A stretch of 64,000 nt of DNA from Chlamydiales bacterium. GTDB taxonomy: Bacteria > Chlamydiota > Chlamydiia > Chlamydiales > JAAZZY01. Positions within the stretch are counted from its first letter, which is position 1; each line of letters begins with the position of its first letter. Under the pieces are notes generated by a model, which saw only the letters and a list, made by a program, of their open reading frames with translations, searched no databases and had not been told where the DNA came from. The stretch covers positions 32,001 to 96,000 of the forward strand of contig CBDBKM010000001.1 in NCBI GenBank assembly GCA_965206695.1, given 5' to 3'. Shown here one piece after another: positions 54,289 through 63,593 of the stretch. The position numbers and the translations under genes are program-made.

Positions 54289-55548
54289 ATGAAACGAGAA
54301 GTACTCAAACAAGTTATAGCCGATCAAAGAGAATATAAGCCGCCTAAAAATTTTTTCAATCGGATGCTGACTAAACGCATAATGTATTTCGAGGATACTC
54401 CAAGTATAATGATTATAAGTGGAATTAGAAGGTCGGGAAAATCAACAATTCAACGTTTTTTACAATTAGATTTAGCAAACTCAGATTATTATTTAAATTT
54501 TGATGATGAGCGGTTGTTTCAGTTCCAAGTTGAAGACTTTCAAATGTTGTTAGAAGTTTTAATAGAGTTATTCGGCGAACAATCTATATTTTATTTTGAT
54601 GAGATTCAAAATGTCAAAGGGTGGGAATGCTTTGTACGGCGACTTTACGAACAAGGGAAAAAAATTTATATTACAGGATCTAATGCAAAACTTTTGAGCA
54701 AAGAGCTGGGAACACATTTAACGGGTAGGTATATTCAGCTTGAAGTATTTCCTCTTTCTTTTGCGGAAATAATAGGTCACGAATATCCTGAAGGACTTTC
54801 AAAAAAGGTGCTGTCGACAAATAATATTGGTATGATACAGCGTTATTTTTCAAAATATTTAAAAAATGGTGGAATTCCGGAATATGTCAAATTTGAGAAA
54901 ACTGAATATCTGAAAGATTTACTAGAGGGTATTCTTTATCGCGATATTATTGTTCGTTACAAAGTCAGTGAGGAAAAGCATTTAAGAGAAGTTGTTTACT
55001 ATTTGGCAAGCAATATTGGAAAAGAATTTAGCTATACGAAGCTTGGTAAAACTGTAGGCCTTAAGAGTCCCCATACGATTGTAAATTATTGCAATTACTT
55101 AGAACAGTGCTATCTTTTCTTTTTTATAAATCGCTATAGCCATTCTTTAAAAAAACAAATTCAATATAATAAAAAATGTTATATGATTGATCCCGCTCTT
55201 ATTCGTATAACCGGATTTCGTGTAAGTGAAGATAGAGGACGTCTATTAGAAAATATTGTATTTCTTCATTTAAGAATGCAGAAAAAAGAAATCTACTTTT
55301 ATAAGAATAAAAAAGAATGTGATTTTATTCTTAGAGAAGGCAATCAGATTGTTCAAGCTATACAAGTTACAACACACCTTTCTAATGAAGAAGTAAAACA
55401 TCGAGAAATCGAGGGGCTTCTTGAAGCAATGAATACTTATAACCTAAAAGAAGGATTAATTCTCACTGAGAATGAACAAAATAAAATTGAGATTAATGGG
55501 CTTATAATTGCAATTATTCCTATTTGGAAATGGCTGCTATCTCTTTAG
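54289..55548 (+). CDS. AAA+ ATPase (AAA_14 + DUF4143-type)
   Basis: GIRRSGKS Walker A, FDEIQ Walker B, ITGS, LTGR, GGIPE, K.YMIDP, LENIV, ECDFI...IQV. Confidence 0.9.
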   Translation: MKREVLKQVIADQREYKPPKNFFNRMLTKRIMYFEDTPSIMIISGIRRSGKSTIQRFLQLDLANSDYYLNFDDERLFQFQVEDFQMLLEVLIELFGEQSIFYFDEIQNVKGWECFVRRLYEQGKKIYITGSNAKLLSKELGTHLTGRYIQLEVFPLSFAEIIGHEYPEGLSKKVLSTNNIGMIQRYFSKYLKNGGIPEYVKFEKTEYLKDLLEGILYRDIIVRYKVSEEKHLREVVYYLASNIGKEFSYTKLGKTVGLKSPHTIVNYCNYLEQCYLFFFINRYSHSLKKQIQYNKKCYMIDPALIRITGFRVSEDRGRLLENIVFLHLRMQKKEIYFYKNKKECDFILREGNQIVQAIQVTTHLSNEEVKHREIEGLLEAMNTYNLKEGLILTENEQNKIEINGLIIAIIPIWKWLLSL

Positions 55549-55586
55549 TATTTGCTAATTTTGACCAATCAAAAGTTCTGAACGCG

Positions 55587-55602
55587 TCTCCCCACCTCCA
55601 TC
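55587..55602 (+). repeat. Duplicated ssrA 3' end (attR-like)
   Basis: TCTCCCCACCTCCATC vs TCTCTCCACCTCCATC at 54022-54037 (15/16). Confidence 0.7.
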
Positions 55603-56165
55603 TTATGGAAGCTTTCAAGATTCTTTGTTAAGATTTTTATCTTTAACAACTTACGGTGATTGCTTTTATTAAAGTAATTTATTGATAAAATCTCTTTTAC
55701 ACACTGTTTACGCACTAGGCTGAACAAAGCTGCAATAAAATCCCTTTAAACCTCTTAAAAATTTGAAATATTACTTTTTTTGCTTGTGATCTACGTGACA
55801 AGTGTGGCTTAGAAGGAAATTTTTGTCTCAAAGTTTAAATGAAAATCTGTGGAAAATATGACATTTTCTTTTTAAATAGTTCAGTTTGATGAGAAATAAT
55901 CGGAGCGATACTTCGTGGTGTAATGTTTAGCAAAGTCTATATGATATTTCTGAATTGTATTATTCCTAATGCAATCTGATCTTCTATTTATTTATAAAAA
56001 GTTAAATAATATATTACTTTTAATCGATCTGTTTTATTAAATAAATGTCTTTAATAGACGGTATATTTATTAATATCGTATACTTCTTTTCAATTGTAAA
56101 AAATAAGAGTATTAGGATCTTGAAAATGAAACAATATAAATACGGTATTTATAGAGGACTTATTA

Positions 56166-56346
56166 ACCCAAGTTCGATGTAACTAATTCATAATAACATT
56201 CTCGATATTCAATTACTTATTTGAAAAAGATCTAAAAGAAAAAGGCTTCTTCCTTCAGAATAGTTGTTTTTCACGAAACAGATAAACTTAAAGGAGGAAG
56301 CCATGAAGCTTGAAATATGCGCCATCTATTGTATTTGTGATGACTA
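56166..56346 (+). mobile_element. IS982-family 5' stub
   Basis: IR-like ACCCAAGTTCG; AGGAGG then MKLEICAIYCICDD at 56303, cut by IS701. Confidence 0.75.
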
Positions 56347-57442
56347 CAGGAGTTTCGCAGCAAGTTGTTAGTTGTTAGTCAAAATATGCCTCATATTTAA
56401 AGTAATCGCGGGCTTTATAATCTCCCAATCTTGCAGATAAAAGGATGTATTATCTTTCATTCTTCGCTTAAATTTATTTAGCCAAGCATAAATAGACATA
56501 AAAATATGGTTTCGTTGCGCTCGTGCATTACGAGACTGCCGGCGCTCAAGGCCACAAGTTTGTTTCAATTCCCTATGATAGACTTCTACTTTCCAACGAA
56601 CTTTCATGATCTTCTCCACATCATTACGGCTAGGATCTTCCATATTGGTGACCACATAGTCAACGCGGCCATTTTTAGCCGGAAACTTAAAAACCGTAAC
56701 AAAACCATAGCCTCGTAAGTGCATGTTTAGCCCTTCATCCGGAATATCCGAATCTTCTAAAGTTTCGTTCCGATTAACCTTCCTATTTTTACGTAAAGTA
56801 GTGACAAAGTATAACCCCATATCCCTGATAGACTTTAAGTTTTTTAAACCGGAATACCATGAATCCATAACAACCACTTGAGGGTTGAGGCTTCGACTTT
56901 GACTGAGTTTGAGCATTTCTACACAATGAGTATTCTTTGTTTTACCATCACTAGTCCTATCATAAATCCTATAATCCACAGGGACATATTGCTCTGAATT
57001 TAGCCCATACCATAAAAGGTTGACTAAATCAATTCCTGCCACAACATCATGTACATTCCCGGAATACCGGTAATTAACAAGCTCTATCTTTTTACTATGT
57101 GTTTTTGAAAGACCGGTATCATCAATAATAAGTACACAAGGCTCATCAATATCGACATAATGTTTTACCGTTTCAAAGATTTCTTTAGGTTGAAATTTTT
57201 TATCTTTTAGCCGGCGGCTAATGCTGCCATGTGACAACGTATCAGGGCAAACTTCTGACATCGCAAGGCTAGAATATCTAACACTGCTTGCTTGAATGAA
57301 TGAGCTATACAATTCCTTTGTGCATTTATGTAACGACATTTCTTTTTCTCCTCCCACAAAAAAAAGAAAAAATCATAACTGAATTCAAAAAAATATTTAA
57401 ACACTTATTTCAATAACAAATTTTTTTTGTGCGAAACTCCCG
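56347..57442 (-). mobile_element. IS701-family element (transposase 56368-57339)
   Basis: IRs CAGGAGTTTCGCA / TGCGAAACTCCCG; IIDDT, MDSWYS, RWKVEVYHRELKQ. Confidence 0.88.
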
Positions 57443-58054
57443 ATACCTTCAAAACACATGGGAGACAAAAACGGCCCTTTAGACAGGGCTGACATAATAT
57501 TTTGCCTTACAACACGGGTTCACCGATCCAAAAACTTTTTTGCCGCGTAAGCTTCTTCCGTTCCCACGCAATAAAAATTGATGAATCCCGGTTTCATCAA
57601 GATAAATCCTCTTGTCAAAGGGAATATTTTCTAAATCTTTCATAAAAGCTTCCCGTTTTTTTTCATCTCTTTCTTTGTAGAACGGGATCTTTTTTTAAGG
57701 TTAGTTTCAAACGTTTACAGGCATAAAAAACAGCCGGTATCGTAACACCCGATTCTTGAGCAATTTCTTTAAGATAGGCATCCGGATATTTTTGAAGATA
57801 TTGCTTAAGTTTATGATTATCAATTTTACTTGGGCTAGGAGGCCTTTTGTTTAGGTGCTAAGATCTGCAGTCTTTTTCGAAAAATTCAATTCGATAAAGT
57901 GCGGGTTGTAACTGAAAAAACGACACTTGCCTCTTTTCGTGTTCCCTCATTTTTAATATATTTTAAAGCTTGTTTTCTTAAATCAAGTGAATATGTCATC
58001 CGGATATTTTACATGAATATGAATAAAATGAAAAATAAAATTTAATTCACTATA
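57443..58054 (-). mobile_element. IS630-family remnant (divergent 5' half, copy-1-like 3' half)
   Basis: MTYSLDLRKQAL, YPDAYLKEIA, YLDETGIHQF; end ...CACTATA near 58054. Confidence 0.8.
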
Positions 58055-58257
58055 TATGAAAGCTTTGTGCTTTAATTTAAACAAGGCCTTAAGAAGGATT
58101 GTGATGAACTAGAGGGAAGGGCACACTATTATCTATCAAATATTTATTTTAAATCTCTCTTTTTTTTTACTTTTAAACGCTTCGTTTAACATTCTTATTA
58201 CTCACTTGTCTTGTATGTCACTTATCTCTCATCCAATCATTAGTCGTGCAAAGGTCT
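58055..58257 (+). mobile_element. IS5-family 3' end
   Basis: KALCFNLNKALRR* then IR GTGCAAAGGTCT, inverse-similar to the end at 27914. Confidence 0.55.
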
Positions 58258-58348
58258 TTTTTCTCATAATTTATGACAGACTCAATTAAACAAATAGGTA
58301 GCGATATAAAGAATATATTGTCTTAATTATTAGATGTTTAAAAGAAAA

Positions 58349-58672
58349 TTAAACAAATAATGCTGAAGATGAAGCAGCTCGAGCTAAAATACCTGCAAGG
58401 ACTCCTTGTCCATCGAAAATATTATTCATAAGTGTTTGATAAGCAAGATTTTGAGCTTCAGTGCGCTTACCGGTACCATTTAAAAATGAACGATCGTTTG
58501 GGTGGGAAAAAGGTTCTTCATCGATTGTCTTGGCAACCGTTCCATCTTGAGGAGGGGGTGGGGTCCAGGTTGTAACAACTTTTAAATCCGGTAACCTATT
58601 ATGATCGATAGAGGTTATTCCGGAATACCTTAAGTCAGAATAAGATGTGATAGATTCGCCTACTGATAACAT
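58349..58672 (-). CDS. Hypothetical protein (107 aa)
   Basis: ORF with higher GC than its AT-rich flanks; no family recognised. Confidence 0.55.
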   Translation of the reverse strand: MLSVGESITSYSDLRYSGITSIDHNRLPDLKVVTTWTPPPPQDGTVAKTIDEEPFSHPNDRSFLNGTGKRTEAQNLAYQTLMNNIFDGQGVLAGILARAASSSALFV

Positions 58673-58787
58673 AAAGCCATCGCTTTTAGTAATTAATTAA
58701 CCAATTATAGCAATTTAATGATTAATTGTCAAATAACTTAGTTAAGTCCGGTATATAAGATATTTTATTAAGAAGTTTGGGTTAAAA

Positions 58788-60767
58788 TTATTTATTTATA
58801 AAATAGTCGGAAAATTCGGTTAATTGCTCTGTTTCACCAAAAATTACGAGTAAATCTTGATCTTTTATAATGGTATCAGGCTTAGGATTTGTAATGATTT
58901 CATCTGCTCTTCGAATCATTAGTACAGTAATGCCAAATTGATTTCTCAGATTACTCGTTTGTAGAGTTGTTCCAATAAGTGAAGAGTTAGCCGGAAGTCT
59001 GAGCGTTACGATTTCAATATCAGCTAAGCTTAAGTTCAGGTCTTTTAGAGTTGATGTCCGGTCGGCTAAACTTCGAAATTGTTCATACGCTTTAGTACGA
59101 GCTTTGCCGGAAAATTTCTCTATCTCGTCAGTAGGAATAAGATACTTTCTAAGAACGCGGGTAAAGATTTCTAAAGATGTTTCGAATTCTTCCGGAATAA
59201 CATCATTTGCTCCCAATGCAAGCATGGGTTCTAATTCTTTTAAAAACCTGGTTCTGGCAATAATATAAATTTTTGGACTTAGTTTGCGGATCTCTTCAAC
59301 CATGCGCCGGGTAGCAATTGGATCATTAATAGCGATCACTGCTATTCTGGCATATTTGATATTTGTTTGTTCTACAACAGCTTCTTGTGTGGCATCTCCA
59401 AAAAAGATGAGTTCACCTTCTTTTCTCTCTCTTAAAACAGTTTCCGGATTCATCTCAATGATATTATAGGGAACGTTGGCTAGTTTTGCCGCCCATGCAA
59501 CATTTCGTCCACATACACCAAATCCGATAATAACGACGTGGTCTTTACTTTTTTCTTCTTCTTTTTTGGAAATGATTTTTCCGTATTTTAGTCGATCAGG
59601 GATTTGAAATTTAAGAAGGTAATCAGCAATTTTAGGAGCAATAGCAAGAAGAAGAGGCGATAAGGCCATTGTTACTAAAGAAACAGCTAAGAATAGTTGA
59701 TAGGTCGTCCCTGAAATTAAATTATACATCGTCCCTTTTGTAGACAGAATAAAGGCAAATTCCCCTACTTGGCATAATCCCAAACCGACAATGATGGCTG
59801 TCTTAATGGGATACGCCATGATAAGAGAAACAGAGCCTGCTGCAATAAATTTCAGTAACAGGATGAGTATAGTAGTTAAAAAAGTTGCCAGAGGATGATC
59901 GAGGATAAATCCAATATCTAAAAGCATACCAATAGAGACAAAAAAGAAACTGGTAAAAATCTGCTGGAAAGGAAAAATATGTCCTACAGTATGATGGCTA
60001 TATTCGGATTCTGAAATGATGAGACCTGCTAAAAATGCGCCTAATGCTAATGATAATCCTACAGAGGATGTCAGCCAGGCAACAGCAAAGCAGATGAATA
60101 ACACACATAATATAAAAAGCTGGGTATTACGAGTTTTTGCGATTAAAAACAGTAAGCGAGGAATTCCCCAGCGAGCCAATAATAAAACAATAAATAAGAT
60201 TAAAAGTCCTTTCCCCAGGTGTATAAGCAAAGGGAGAGCCTCTGTATCACCGGATTTAGCTAAAAAAGGTGTCAGTAACATCATGGGAACAACAGCAATA
60301 TCTTGAAAAATAAGAATAGCTAAAATAGTTTGTCCATGAGGAGAGGACATTTGAGCTTTTTCTTGCAATAACTTTAAGATAATAGCCGTACTACTTAAAG
60401 AAATCAAAAACCCAAAGAAAATGCACTCATTAAAACTATAATCGAAAGCATACGCAATTAAAGCTGTTATAACAAGGGTTGCGACAACTTGTATCGATCC
60501 CCCTGCCAGAACCAGTTTTTTTATTTGCATTAATTTGGATAACGAAAACTCTAATCCTATCGTAAATAGAAGTAAAACGATGCCTATCTCAGCTAAAATT
60601 TCTACTTCATGAGTAGCATTGACGACTTGTAAACCATGAGGTCCACAGATTACCCCTGTTATTAGAAGGCCCACTACTGCCGGAATACGTAGGCGTGAGC
60701 ATATTAGTAATACGATAATGGATAATCCAAATATCGTAACAATGTCCTGAAGTAAGGGTATTTCCAT
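58788..60767 (-). CDS. CPA2 K+/H+ antiporter with TrkA-N and TrkA-C domains (KefB/KefC-like)
   Basis: LFTIGLEFS, LSSTAI, LIFQD, LGAFLAG, QVGEFAF; GFGVCG, FGDAT; RCK-C tail. Confidence 0.92.
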   Translation of the reverse strand: MEIPLLQDIVTIFGLSIIVLLICSRLRIPAVVGLLITGVICGPHGLQVVNATHEVEILAEIGIVLLLFTIGLEFSLSKLMQIKKLVLAGGSIQVVATLVITALIAYAFDYSFNECIFFGFLISLSSTAIILKLLQEKAQMSSPHGQTILAILIFQDIAVVPMMLLTPFLAKSGDTEALPLLIHLGKGLLILFIVLLLARWGIPRLLFLIAKTRNTQLFILCVLFICFAVAWLTSSVGLSLALGAFLAGLIISESEYSHHTVGHIFPFQQIFTSFFFVSIGMLLDIGFILDHPLATFLTTILILLLKFIAAGSVSLIMAYPIKTAIIVGLGLCQVGEFAFILSTKGTMYNLISGTTYQLFLAVSLVTMALSPLLLAIAPKIADYLLKFQIPDRLKYGKIISKKEEEKSKDHVVIIGFGVCGRNVAWAAKLANVPYNIIEMNPETVLRERKEGELIFFGDATQEAVVEQTNIKYARIAVIAINDPIATRRMVEEIRKLSPKIYIIARTRFLKELEPMLALGANDVIPEEFETSLEIFTRVLRKYLIPTDEIEKFSGKARTKAYEQFRSLADRTSTLKDLNLSLADIEIVTLRLPANSSLIGTTLQTSNLRNQFGITVLMIRRADEIITNPKPDTIIKDQDLLVIFGETEQLTEFSDYFINK

Positions 60768-60945
60768 TTAAGTAAAAGGTGTATTTAAGAGTGTTTGATA
60801 CATAAGCATTAAAGGAAATTTAAATAAAAATCAATCTTAATATTTCTTGCTACAGCAAGATAGATTGACGAAAAAAGATTATGTTTTTAAAAGGCAATTG
60901 GGTCTTTTGTTTTTAAATTATCATTTATTAGGTACAAGTCACGTT

Positions 60946-63558
60946 ATGGATGAGAAAACTAACCAAGAACCGCCACCTGAAACGCCACCGGAGTCTAAAG
61001 ATACCGTGGCCAAAGACGCTACACAAACCAAGCCAATAGATTCAAAAGAGTCTAATATAAATGAATTTGAAAAAATTTCTCCTGAAGATACATTATCAAA
61101 ATTAGGTGTAAAATCGGATAGTGGTTTATCTTCTGATGAGGTTAAAAAACGTTTAGAACAATATGGTCCTAATGCTTTAGACGAAAAAAAACAGTCTAAA
61201 TGGTTAATTTTTCTCTCTTTTTTTTGGGGGCCGATTCCATGGATGATAGAAATAGCGATTATTTTATCAGCTATTTTGGAACGTTGGCCGGATTTAATCA
61301 TGATCGGAGCTCTTCTATTGATAAATGCTTTTTTAGGTTTTTATCAGGAAGCAAAGGCAGGAAATGCGATTCAGGCTTTGAAAAATTCATTGGCTTTGAA
61401 AGGCCGAGTATTAAGGGATGGTCAATGGAATGAAATTGATGCGAAGGATCTTGTACCCGGAGATATCCTTCAAATCAAATTAGGAAACATTATTCCTGCA
61501 GATGTAAAATTATTAGCAGGAGAATATCTGTCTGTCGATCAGTCTGCTTTAACAGGGGAATCTTTGCCTGTTGATAAAGCTGTGGGGGATATGGCTTATT
61601 CGGGAACGATAGCAAAGCTAGGGGAAATGAATGCCGTTGCAACTGCTACCGGTATGAATACTTTTTTTGGCAAGACAGCTAAATTAGTTGATGCTGCTAA
61701 AACCAAATCTCATTTCCAACAGGCCATTTCCAAGATAGGCAGATTTTTAATTTACGCTACTCTAGGTATTTGTGCGATTATTCTAGTCGTCTCATTATAT
61801 CGGATGGGAGTGTCTCACACTGATCATGGGACGGTAGGTCAAATCATTATCTTCCTTTTAGTTTTAGTTATTGCCGGTATCCCCGTTGCTCTTCCGGCTG
61901 TTTTATCTGTAACGATGGCAATCGGGGCTTCACGATTAGCTAAGTTAAAGGCAATTGTTACTAAATTGATTGCTATTGAAGAGTTAGCAGGACTAGAAAT
62001 CTTATGTTCCGACAAAACAGGAACGTTAACCAAAAATGAATTGACGGTTGGGGATATCCAAGTTCATGGAGCAAAAGATATTGACGAAATCGTTTTATAT
62101 GCTTCATTAGCTTCTAAACAAGAAGGAGGGGATGTAATCGATGGTGCCGTTTTGAGTTGTTTGAAAGATAAAGAACAGTTAAAAAATTTCACGGTAGAGA
62201 AGTTTATACCTTTCGATCCTGTTAAGAAACGAACGGAAGCTACTATAACAAGTTCAGATGGCAAGACTATAAAGGCTTGTAAAGGAGCCCCTCAAATTAT
62301 TTTAGATCTTTGTCATCCCGATCAAGCTGTAAGTGATCAAGTTGAAAGAGGGGTTGAAGAACTGGCTTCACGAGGTTTTAGAACACTTGGAGTTGCTAAA
62401 GTTGATGGTGATGGGGAAAATTGGCAGTTTTTAGGATTAATTCCTTTATTTGATCCACCAAGGGATGATACGAAAGAAACCATAGATCATTTACGAGATA
62501 TGGGATTATCCGTGAAAATGGTTACGGGTGATAATGCAGCAATTGCTATAGAAATAGCTAAGACTCTTGGATTAGGTACTAATATTATATCTGTTGGAGA
62601 TCTACAGGGTGATAATACGAAGAAAGCCCTACTAACTAAATCTGATGGGTTTGCCGAAGTTTTTCCTGAACATAAATATGAAATTGTCAAATCATTTCAA
62701 GAAGATCAATATATAGTGTGTATGACAGGGGATGGGGTTAATGATGCTCCGGCTTTAAAACAAGCAGATGTAGGCATAGCAGTCAGCGGAGCTACTGATG
62801 CTGCAAGAGCAGCGGCGGATCTTGTTCTAACAGAACCCGGTTTAATGGTTATCTCGCACGCTATTGAAGAAGCGAGAAGAGTTTTTGGCAGAATGAAAAG
62901 TTATGCGATGTATCGAATTAGTGAAACGTGTCGCCTTCTATTATTTTTATTGCTCGCGATGATCATTTTCAATGATCATCCTTTAACAGCGATCATGATT
63001 ATTTTAATAGCGCTCCTCAATGATATCCCTATTATGATGATCGCTTATGATAATATTCATATTGATAAATATCCCGTTTCTTGGAATATGAAAGAAATCT
63101 TTACAATAGCGGTTGGGCTTGCTGTTGTGGGGGTTATTTCTACCTTTTTACTTTACTGGGTAGGATATCGGTATTGGCATTTAACTTTTGAAGAGTGCCG
63201 GACACTCGCTTTTATGGCTCTTCTTTGTGGAGGGAATTTAACCATCTATTTGACTCGTAATTTAGGCTTTGTTTGGCATAAGCCGCATCCGGAAGGGAAG
63301 TTCTTTTTAGCGACTTTGTTTTCATTAGTAGTCGGAACCCTTGCTTCTGTTTATGGTTTTTGGAGTGATGATTTTGTTGGAATAGGGTGGAAGTATGTAG
63401 GATATTCTTGGATATATATATTAGTATGGTTTTTTTTGTGTGCTTTGACTAAAATGAGTTTATATAAAATCATTGGGCATACAGCTGCTTTTCAAGAAGA
63501 TTTTCATACAAAAATGGCAACAGAATTAGGTACTAAAATTCCATCGAAAGATTCCTGA
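60946..63558 (+). CDS. P-type H+-exporting ATPase (P3A, Pma1/AHA-like)
   Basis: TGES, GIPVALPAVLSVTMAIGA, CSDKTGTLT, DPPR, GDGVNDAPAL, ALLNDIP; likely ATG 60946. Confidence 0.9.
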   Translation: MDEKTNQEPPPETPPESKDTVAKDATQTKPIDSKESNINEFEKISPEDTLSKLGVKSDSGLSSDEVKKRLEQYGPNALDEKKQSKWLIFLSFFWGPIPWMIEIAIILSAILERWPDLIMIGALLLINAFLGFYQEAKAGNAIQALKNSLALKGRVLRDGQWNEIDAKDLVPGDILQIKLGNIIPADVKLLAGEYLSVDQSALTGESLPVDKAVGDMAYSGTIAKLGEMNAVATATGMNTFFGKTAKLVDAAKTKSHFQQAISKIGRFLIYATLGICAIILVVSLYRMGVSHTDHGTVGQIIIFLLVLVIAGIPVALPAVLSVTMAIGASRLAKLKAIVTKLIAIEELAGLEILCSDKTGTLTKNELTVGDIQVHGAKDIDEIVLYASLASKQEGGDVIDGAVLSCLKDKEQLKNFTVEKFIPFDPVKKRTEATITSSDGKTIKACKGAPQIILDLCHPDQAVSDQVERGVEELASRGFRTLGVAKVDGDGENWQFLGLIPLFDPPRDDTKETIDHLRDMGLSVKMVTGDNAAIAIEIAKTLGLGTNIISVGDLQGDNTKKALLTKSDGFAEVFPEHKYEIVKSFQEDQYIVCMTGDGVNDAPALKQADVGIAVSGATDAARAAADLVLTEPGLMVISHAIEEARRVFGRMKSYAMYRISETCRLLLFLLLAMIIFNDHPLTAIMIILIALLNDIPIMMIAYDNIHIDKYPVSWNMKEIFTIAVGLAVVGVISTFLLYWVGYRYWHLTFEECRTLAFMALLCGGNLTIYLTRNLGFVWHKPHPEGKFFLATLFSLVVGTLASVYGFWSDDFVGIGWKYVGYSWIYILVWFFLCALTKMSLYKIIGHTAAFQEDFHTKMATELGTKIPSKDS

Positions 63559-63593
63559 AATCCCCCTATTTATAGTGAGCAACTAAAAAAATT

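Noticed and set aside
55603..56165. AT-rich gap after the att-like repeat
   Set aside because: No ORF, repeat or structure I can support
4404..62690. Many short antisense or overlapping ORFs in the track (e.g. 4404, 22515, 32774, 60016, 60939)
   Set aside because: Shadow frames of well-supported genes with no motifs or RBS
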